A DNA stretch of 20,000 bases from Seison nebaliae (lineage: Eukaryota). The position numbers were made by a program, and so were the translations under genes. This document shows positions 10,805 through 20,000 of this stretch, one piece after another (position 1 is the stretch's first letter; each line of letters opens with the position of its first letter). The stretch lies in NCBI GenBank assembly GCA_023231475.1, contig JALJEE010003214.1:55890-75889 (forward strand), in the 5' to 3' direction. The notes under the pieces were generated by a model. That model was not told where the DNA came from. It saw only the letters and a program-made list of their open reading frames with translations, and did not search any database.

Positions 10805-11820
10805 TCTATGTCGCCGTCAGGATTAGATGATCGACTCTTATTACTACGTAAACGAGAGTGAAATCATGTAAAATTGTTGAAAGTGTAAAATGTTTCTTTC
10901 ATTCGTCACATATGAAGAATCGGTAACTGAAAACCAACTTTCAATTCCATTTAAATTACAAGCTAAAATTCCTCAAATTCTTTCTAGCATATCACACCGT
11001 TACCACCTTCCTCTCACCATTATTTCCTAATTAAATATGGAAAACACTTCTCCTCATCAATCAATCATTCGGTAAACATTAGATGAAATTTTATAATTAA
11101 TCAAAAGTGTTCATCTCATCAAAAATCTGTTTCTTTCTCTATCAAGGTCATGGAAAAATCTGTGTAAAATAATTAGCGAACCTTTTCTAAATTTATTCTT
11201 GTGATTATCGTGTATAAATGTGCTAATTAAATTCTACTTAATATTCATTCCTAAGAAATGTTGAAGTTCTTTGAAATGTTTCGGCACTCCGTTTTTCAAT
11301 TTGATTCTCATCGCTACTCCTGGAAATTTCATTCAAATTTCATCAATCAATGTTGATGTTATGAGTGAACCAATGTTCTCTTATATTACGAAATTGCACG
11401 TCAATACTCATTTTTTATGTGTTCGAATTAACAAAGAATTTTTAGCGAACTAAAACGAAACTAATGGAAATGTTTGATTTAAACTCCGATTTTAATGAAA
11501 GTGTGGGAGTGAGAGAATGTTAATTGAATGATCCCAAATTCCACTACATCATTCTTTATCCGGTTAATCTTCATAATAACATCATATATCGGAAATTGTG
11601 TCGGTGGAAAGGATGAGAAGGGAAATCAACATAACGAAGTAAACAAACATCTTCTCATCCACTTAATCCAAATATCGTGTTCCTTCTTCACATTTACCAA
11701 ATCGTTCACTTCTCGTGTGATTGATTGATGAAAAGAAAGAAAGAATCGAATAATTTATCACATTAATAATCACTTCGATATATTCGAATAATTCTTCATT
11801 AGAAATAATATCAGGTTTAA

Positions 11821-13032
11821 TTAATTATATTCAGATCCGATGCAGATACTCACTTCATCGCCCACAATCAATGTCTTATGGTACCAATGATTCGTATCGA
11901 CGACGACTAAACAAAGGTAAAATAATTAAAATATATCACCAAACTGACAGACTAAACTTATGTCTCCCGGAAACATGTGAACGTCGTGTCGATATTTGCA
12001 TTTCAATGCACATTCAGGTGGCGGCATTAACGTCCAGATCTTCTCTCCTTTTAATTGTGCTTGCCAAGACGGATGATCAACTTGATCGACCTGATAGAAA
12101 ACTTGAAAAATTTTTTAAAAAGAAAAAATGATAACATGAAGATGTGCACCGTATCCGGGACAACCGATAAAGATCCAATCTGTGGTACTACTTTCGGTGT
12201 TGTTGGGCACAAAATATGGAACCTGATAATATTTCCTGAGAACGGCAGCGGATGATGGATGACAATTATTCCTAAAAAATTTTTGGTGATTTTCTAAGAG
12301 AAAGCTTTAAGGATTGACAAACCATCCAACATACCATGGTTTGCCTGTCTTACCATCTAAACTGATCTCGCCGTATCTCAACGCTTCTCCCAGTTCGTAG
12401 ATGTTCGAAAAATTAGTCTTGTAAGGAAAAAATTGACATTGTCCATATCCATCACTAGCTGATGGATCGAGTTCCTGTTTCTTCTGAATGACATATCGCA
12501 AATTGTTGTCTAATCGAACGAAATAATCGACGGAGAAGACTTGTAAAGCTTTCCAATGTTTAGCGGCATTCTTTATCAGTACCGGATGTTTAGTGAATGC
12601 GTATTTCTGGAGAAATTCCTCTTGTGTAATATCATGAATTTCCGGCACTTCATCTATCATACAGAAGTCACAATCATCAGCTGGTGGAACGAAGAGAGGA
12701 AAAGCTGCTTCCGGTTTATCCAGACCACAACTCAACGTCTGATAGTCGTTGAGTTCGAATGAATCGATATTCGTCATATCCAACGCCAATAAACATAGGC
12801 CATGAAGGACGTGTGGTCGATATCGGTATAAGAAGTAGATGGTAATTGATAAGGTTATGAAAAGATGTGTTAAAATTGGAGAACAATAATTGAAATAAAT
12901 TCTCTTAGTCGTTTTCCATGAAAAATTTGACTTTCCAATCTCCTCCAACTTCTTATACAATTCCTCAAATTCATTCTCATTTAATCTCTTTTCCGTCTGA
13001 TAAAAGTTTAATGATTGCTTGCCGTTCGACAT
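11821..13032 (-). CDS. JmjC/cupin-fold Fe(II)/2-oxoglutarate oxygenase-like protein with an N-terminal membrane anchor (JmjC-only type, JMJD8-like architecture), 354 aa
   Basis: join(13032..12323, 12271..12136, 12090..11958, 11906..11821) = 1065 nt. Contains EEFLQKYAFTKHPVLIKNAAKHWKA, CQFFPYKT, PWYVGW|NNC, PYFVP, DWIFIGCPGYGAHLH|VD (HxD), SWQAQLKGEKIWTLMPP and PGDI|IVVDTNHWYHKT (distal His), ending IGSEYN*. Hydrophobic segment ILTHLFITLSITIYFLY. Confidence 0.9.
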
Positions 13033-14304
13033 TCTTTCCCCAAATGGTTTCCACTGAAGAAATTTTAAGTAAATAAATCAGTAACACTTTCCCTGAAACT
13101 CCCAGTTATTCCACTTCAGTCGATTACGTAATGAATCATTTTACGGTCGGAGAGAAGTGGTGTATTTTATTGGGGGACGTTCTAATTGTCATTATATTAA
13201 TGACCATGAAATCGAACATCAATTGTATGCTCTCTTTTATCTTGATATTAAAAAATGAATATAATTCCATTCAATACCATTAAATTCCATTCATACCGAC
13301 ATAATAATAATTTGAGGAAGAACAACAATAATAAGATGGAATAATAATCATTATTATTGTTGGTGAGATATCGAACTGTGATTATTGTCACGAACTACAC
13401 CGACACAATCGATGTAGTGTAGTTATCGATCATTTGAAATGAGTTGACGTTCTGTTCTAAATTTACTCATATCCAAATCATTTCTTCTTATTCTTTCAGT
13501 TATTCTTCTAATTCTTCGTATCTTAACCAATCTCCCGTTGGACAGTTCTCGTACAACATACAATGTATGTATACGCGTACGATAGCGCGAAGCTTCGTTT
13601 TATTCTCTGTACGCGAAAGTCTCTCTCGTCACTCTCCTGATTGAGTGTGTGGATTTTGGGTGGACGAGCATATGAATTTGAAATAAAATATTCTCTTCTA
13701 TATATCTTCTTTCTTTCATTCTCGTTTGTTTCCGATTCTTTTCTTTTTAGGATTATTATTTCAGTTACTTCATAATTCTTTCGACGTACAATCATTCGCC
13801 TCTCCTCCCTGGAATCGATAGCGGTAAAAGCAATTGCAGCGGATAATCTTTCACCCACTTCCCGGAAGAATGTAACATTTCCACGTAATTAATATGGTCG
13901 TCGTCGTCGCCGCCGTTTCAGTGAAAGAAGTTGCCTCTCCTGTATATGAAGTACATATACGGCCTCAGAAATTAAATATGGGAAGAAGTTACATCAGAAA
14001 GAGACTAAACCATCTCTCTATTGTCAATAAAAGATTATAATTATTATTTTATTCCACTATTCCGTAATTAATTCTTCCAATAGTTATTTCCATTATTCCA
14101 TCCAACTACCTCTCTCCTCTAATACACACGTCCACCCCCAACCCTAATACCAACATGATTTCGAGACTCTAATTTCTGGTACATACTGAACATTTTTTAT
14201 AGAATATATATTACATTTTCAACATCTTTTACGACATCTTTCCAAATACAATTACACAATGGACATTTCTAAAATAATGTAACAACTAATAAAAGTTTCA
14301 TGAA

Positions 14305-14328
14305 GAGAGAGAGAGAGAGAGAGAGAGA
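14305..14328. repeat. (GA)12 microsatellite in the divergent intergenic region
   Basis: Perfect GA run between the divergently oriented starts at 13032 (-) and 14794 (+). Confidence 0.9.
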
Positions 14329-14793
14329 AATTTTAAGTTGTCTAAATTTTACTCTCCATCTGTAATTGATGGTCGTCCTAACAACGAAGGTTGAACTATA
14401 ACGTAGTTGGAGATAATTTCCACAATTTTTTTATATTAAAAGTCAATTGAATACAAATTGAATATTTCTTATTTATTCAGGACTTTCTTATCCTTCATTC
14501 AATTCTCCGTGTCACTTCATTTCCCCGTTAATTCCAAGTAGAATTACTGGTAATTATATACCCGATTTCACATTCAATTCAAGTAGGTGGTAATTCTACA
14601 AATGTTTTCCACCAAATTCATGTTCATGTTGATTGATTGTCATCTTTTCAGTCTTTTCTTAATATTTGATGGATTATGATTCGGAATGATTTTTTATCGT
14701 AGTTTTTTAATTGAGCAGAAAATTTTTCATTTTCCCAACACAAATCAATTTGAGAATTAAATTCCACTCGATTGAGAGATTGGATGAAATGTG

Positions 14794-17700
14794 ATGAATT
14801 GTCGTTCGATCTCTTCATCGAACCACCTGACAAACGAATATGGAAAAGTGGAAGCGGAACGATTTCTTTCTGTTGGAAATTCATCGACAAACCATGACAA
14901 AATATTGCCAAGAAAAAACTTCGGTGAGGTGTCGACGGATATGAAGAAGTTGTCGTCATCTTCCTCCATCTCGTCATGCCAATTGCATGAGAACAGGAGG
15001 AAGAAGATAAGTGATGGTATGGTGACGGATATGGCGAAGGAATTCATTCATCGATGTATCAGCGCGACGGAATGTCAACGGAATCATTGTAACGTTTGTG
15101 GAATAAAAAAAGAGACTTATCGATGTTCGGCATGTCAAATGATTTACTATTGTCCGCAACATCAGGAGACAGATTGGAAATTGAATGGACATGAACGGAA
15201 TTGTTCGAATCTACAATTTATTTCGATTTGTGAAATCTTTCGATTACTTTACCGTCTACAATCTCATCTGATTGCGTTGAATGATGTTATCAATTTCTCA
15301 TTGTCATATGTGGTGGGGAAGAAGACAGAGACATATGAACAGGTTGACATTAATCTTAAGCAAATAAATGTAGAATACGAAACAATTCAACAATACGAGG
15401 TGTGGAGTCATTGGTTCGCATCACGTAGTTCGATCTTTCGGAGGAATTCTTTATTATATTCCCAACTATTCCATCAACTAAACAATATTAATGATATCAC
15501 TACCGTTGTATTGAATAAGCGTCTGAATATCAATGATGATTCATGTCTGATCGATGCGTACAAAGCCATCCTCACCGAATATTATTCGCCATCAATCACA
15601 TTATTCCAAGCTTATCATCGACTCAGGAATTGTTCGTTCAACTCCTTCACTCACAATAACTTCTTCATCATTTACATCATCAACTATAAATTACCTCATT
15701 TTCTTCCCATTCATCAATCGTCCTCTCTCAATCAACGCAACTATGATTCGATCACTCTAGTCAATTATCTACGTGAACATTTCGTCGAATTCGTCAATCT
15801 CGCTTCATTCGATCAAGTTAGTTCACATTCCCTTCCACATCTTCTCCTGATATCAACCAGATCGATAAAGTAAAAGAAAAGAAATAAAAGTTAGATAAAC
15901 ACTCACCCCTACCAACGGTCACTATTATCAAGATATAGAAATGCTAAAGATTGTAGTCCGATATATGTCGAGTAAAATGTTTCTCTATTGATTCAATTGA
16001 ATGTAGAGGCGAATTGGGCGACTTATTAGAAATAAACGGAAAATCGTTCAACTGTTCTGTTTTGTAGATTTAGGAAGTTGGGGTGAGGTGAGGACGACCT
16101 CAATTGACGTTCGTCTGTAAGATGAAGATACTCATCATGATGAATTAATGAAATGAAATGTCATATCCATATCGGATTGATTACGGTTGTTGTTCGAGGA
16201 ACGTCCACTCATTTATGTCACTGATCTGTGAGGTAATAAGGAGGAGAAGAAAGAAAGATGAACTGTATTATTCATAAGTTGATAATAGATAAAACGATAA
16301 TAAGAATTTAAGTTGATTGTGTAGTTAGAAAGTTGGAGTTTGACAAGAGAAAGACAACAATTCTACCATGATTGACCACGATACGTGAAAGTGGCGTAGT
16401 TAAGAGAAAAATGAATTGAGTGTGTGAATTCATGTGACTTTTCATTTCTTCTTCTTCTTCTTCTTCTTCTTCTTCTTTGCGAATTGGGGTCAACTCAATT
16501 CGATTCATCTGTTTCTCCTTTACCATCATTTAGTCATCGATCTATGAATTGATGTCATTCTCTACATATGCCAGCGAATTGAGGAAGTGAAATGTTAATA
16601 TTATATAATCAATTAGTTAAGTTTGTGTGTATTCTACTTGACTTCCATTTGAAAGTCGTTTGGATAAGACTAACATTCTTTTCTTTCTTTCTCCCGTCCA
16701 TTTATAGCCACAATTGGTCTATTGTGAGTTCGTTTTCATTTACACCAAATCATACATTGATTTGCTTTGTAATGATCCGGGCAGTTGTGTGGAAGGGAAT
16801 ACATCTATTTCGTCGTCATCAACATCGTCAACTTACTCGTCGTCAGCATCGTTAATCGATATCAATAGTTTAATATCGAACGGGAAACATTCACTCTATC
16901 AAAATAATAAACCGATCAGTCAACAATTTCTTTCTAATTTGATCAGTGGCCAAACGAGAAAGGAGTCGAATCAGAAGAAAATCATTTTGAACATCTCGTT
17001 CAAGTTGGAAGAGAAACTTTCGGAGAACCATCTGATATCAAGCGAGGAAATCGACAATCCGCCCGAGCCCACTATTGTCGTTCATTACAATTTCGATCAA
17101 TTTGATCAATTTGATTTCCGTCTTCCATCCTCGTACAGTTGGTTCCTTTTCACTTTCAGTTGCGAAGGTGATTTCGAACTATTCAAACATAAATTTCTCT
17201 CGGCATCCACCGTCAACGGCGAGAGAATCATCCAACAAAAATTCTACAATCAATTCAAGTCATTATGTGGAACACAACGGTTGAGGAACTTGAATGAAAT
17301 TGTTTTCCCCAATAATTCGACTTTATTAATTCGACCAATTTCCTCATCTATCATTTCTCCATCATCAATAACATCAATTGTTACATCTACAACAACAACA
17401 ACTACAACACCAATAACAACAGCAATAACAACGACCACAGCGGAAACATCGGTAGCTAATAATATTTCATCGATTTCTTTCTCATTCGATAATGATCATA
17501 ATGACATAACACCTTTATTCACATCAACAACGTCTTCATTACTCTTTCATACCTCCACTCTTACAACGACGACAACTCCGAAGATCACCAATAAACTTGA
17601 AAGGAAAGACGACGGAATGACTAATCCGATTATCGATTGTTTGACGAAGAAGCCGGAACGATCCATTCCCGTTCTCGTCAATGGCGAATTGGAATTCGAG

Positions 17701-20000
17701 AAGAAATCGAACAATCCAAATAAGAGTCTTGACAGTCCAAATTCATCGTCATCCTTCTCCCAATCTGACACTAATCAACAAACGTTCATTCCCAATCAAT
17801 TGGATCTGATCATCAATGAATTAATCGAGAAGAAGAGTGAGGAAATGAGAGAGATGAAACCGAATCGAAAACAGAAGAAGACTAGAAAGAAATCGTCCAA
17901 GTCATTCGATGTGACGATTTCGTCTTCGGCATCGTCCGCCTCCTCCACGTCATCATCAATCAATGAGTCAATCGTCTCATCATCAAATGAGAAGTTGTCG
18001 GAGGAGAATGTGAAATATTTGACGAAGTTCATCGATATATTTATTCAGAAAATGAGCGAAAAACAGAAAGGCGAATTAAATCGGAAGAAAGTCAAAACGG
18101 AAATCCATCGACAATTATCGAAAACGTTAAAGAAGTTTATGAATTCGTCCAAGAATCAACAGATGGAAAATCGAGAATTTATTTATCGACTCATTCCCAT
18201 GAAGTTGAAGAGGCGTGTCTTGAAACAGAATATTGACAAGAGATATTCATCATCATCCTACTCGTCATCATCAGCGACGTCGAGTTCGTCTCCTTTTTCT
18301 TCTTTCTCATCATCCAGTTCCATCGATTGTCAATTGGATCATGTGCATAACGGCGACAATTGTTATAATCGATGGAAGAAACGTAATAACGAATATGAGA
18401 AACGGAAATATTTCCGAAATCATAAAAATCATCATCATCATCATCATCATCGTCGACATCATGGTCGAAATCATCGTCATCATCATCGTCATCATTCTCA
18501 ACATTCTCAATCAGATGTCGACCAGGAGAAACGAATGCAAAAGGCAAATATGACTGAGGAGAAATGTTGTGAGAATCAGAAACTTTCTCCAATATCCACC
18601 TCATTATCATCATCATCACCATTAACATCATCATCATCATCGCCACAGGAGGAGCGGAATAAGGACATGGAGAAGAATTGTAGTGTATCGCAGAGAGGAA
18701 ATGATGAATTGAAAGCGCCTAATGTGAAACAATTATGTCAACAGTTCGAGAAAATATTGAAATTTCCTGAAGTTCCAACAGCAGACGGTGTTGAATGTTC
18801 AGTGAAAGAGAATGAGAATAATCACGTAAAAGAGAGAGAGATGACTCGAGAGAAACGATTGACCACCATCACCAACAACATGTCGTCGAGCCCCAATGGA
18901 ATTGATAAGGAAGTGAGGAAATCACCAGAAACTACTCCGCCCACTATCAGAAATGTGTCAGATGGATCGAATGAAATGATCGATAAGATGAAAATCAATA
19001 TCATCTTAGATAAAGTCTCTCCCACCAAAAAATATCATCCTCATTATAATTCGTTGACAACTGTCGATCTCATTCGAGATATGATGAGAAATGAAGTGAA
19101 AACGTCATTAACTGCCACTTCCATTCCCTCCTTATCATCATCGTCATCATCAACAACAACAACAACAGCAACAACAACAACGACGACCATATTATCTAAT
19201 AATAAAACTATTCCATTCGAACCCACATCATTCTCTCTCCCCAAATGTAAATTGAAAACGAAAGAGAATAATGACAAACGAATCAATTATAAACAACGCT
19301 CAATTGACAACAATCATCAACAAAGGAAAGATCATATTCATCAACAATCTCACCAGTCCTATGACCATCTTTCGAAAACGATCTCCCATCAAAATCCCTC
19401 TCCAGTGATCAAATCGACAAAGATTCCATTAAATAAAATCAATTCAAATATCACTCTAACGCCAACGACAAGTGAACAATCATCATCGAAGAATCTGACG
19501 GAATTAGCAAAACCATCAGAAAAAAATTCGTACGATTCCCAATCGGTGAAGAATATGACATCGAAACAGGAAATAATTCTCCCGATGAAAGACTTGACGA
19601 CAATTAAAACGAATTGTATAAACGAAATCATTCAAATTCATAAGAATGATCAAAAACAGAAGTCAATACCGTCGAACAAACCGGTCGTAATGATTTCGAA
19701 GAATTCAAAGAAATTACCTCAACAATTCTCAATTAAAGTGAAGAATAAGATGAGTTATTCTCATTCCGATCCCCAAATCAAACCAAACATCAAAATTGAA
19801 CAAGTCGATTGTCAAATGACCCGAAATCATTCTCATGACTATGTCAACATAAAAGAGACGACGACGAATGACAAAGAATTGACACTTCAAAATATACGAA
19901 ATATGCTCTCGTCGGAATTTGCGGATCGACAACAACAGAATTATCCGAATATTATCAATCAGAATAATCGATTGGATGAAGATCATTCAGAGAATCCATC
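14794..20000 (+). CDS. zf-MYND + MSS51-like (ZMYND15/ZMYND17-type) domain protein with a very long low-complexity C-terminal tail; 3'-partial, at least about 1438 aa
   Basis: Exon 14794..15816 carries the MYND finger CNVC...CSAC...YYCPQHQETDWKLNGHERNC (15088-15204), then WSHWFASR, YSPSITLFQAYHRL and FIIYIIN. A phase-0 donor GTTAGT at 15817 matches a phase-0 acceptor (CTAAC, pyrimidine tract, TAG at 16707). Exon 16708..>20000 is stop-free in frame 1 and continues with MSS51-like elements PQLVYCEFVFIY, EPTIVVHYN, WFLFTFSCEGD, NQFKSL and FPNN, then S/T/N/H/K-rich sequence. Small extra exons within 15817-16707 are possible. The MSS51 assignment is by eye. Confidence 0.8.
16446..16475. repeat. (TTC)10 microsatellite in the MYND-gene intron region
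   Basis: Ten perfect TTC units. Confidence 0.9.
18421..18510 (+). repeat. Coding CAT-rich repeat giving a His-rich tract
   Basis: Frame 1 reads HKNHHHHHHHRRHHGRNHRHHHRHHSQHSQ. Confidence 0.8.

Noticed and set aside
13444..13858. ORFs 13444..13644 and 13523..13858 in the divergent intergenic region
   Set aside because: Non-ATG starts, mutually overlapping, and no recognisable domain or splice structure.
16308..16529. Nested antisense gene in the MYND intron (poly-Glu ORF; GTGAGT on the minus strand near 15906)
   Set aside because: The poly-Glu comes from the (TTC)10 microsatellite, and no coherent exon chain could be built.
17250..19986. Many short minus-strand or alternative-frame ORFs rich in V, D, M or I (for example 18191..18646, 18233..18553, 19044..19286)
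   Set aside because: They are shadows of the trinucleotide-rich + strand frame-1 exon, which is open throughout.

Overview
AT-rich eukaryotic genomic DNA in the standard genetic code, gene-dense with very short introns. A compact-genome invertebrate is inferred from the gene content; the species cannot be named. Three genes could be rebuilt by hand with good family support: a 10-exon secreted M14A zinc carboxypeptidase (- strand, 8280-10323, 542 aa); a 4-exon membrane-anchored JmjC/cupin-type Fe(II) oxygenase (- strand, 11821-13032, 354 aa); and a zf-MYND + MSS51-like protein (+ strand, 14794 to beyond 20000) whose 3.3-kb exon is absent from the ORF track and encodes a disordered tail of about 880 aa or more. 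Several orphan or low-complexity CDSs and simple repeats are also present. The strongest signal is in splicing: all 12 introns of the carboxypeptidase and JmjC genes are 40-52 nt long and start with GTT, almost always without +5G and mostly without exonic -1G. This departs sharply from the usual animal AG|GTRAGT donor and suggests altered 5' splice-site recognition. Other points: a candidate 9-nt microexon, and a same-strand gene pair only 70 nt apart. No RNA genes, transposons or CRISPR arrays were recognised.
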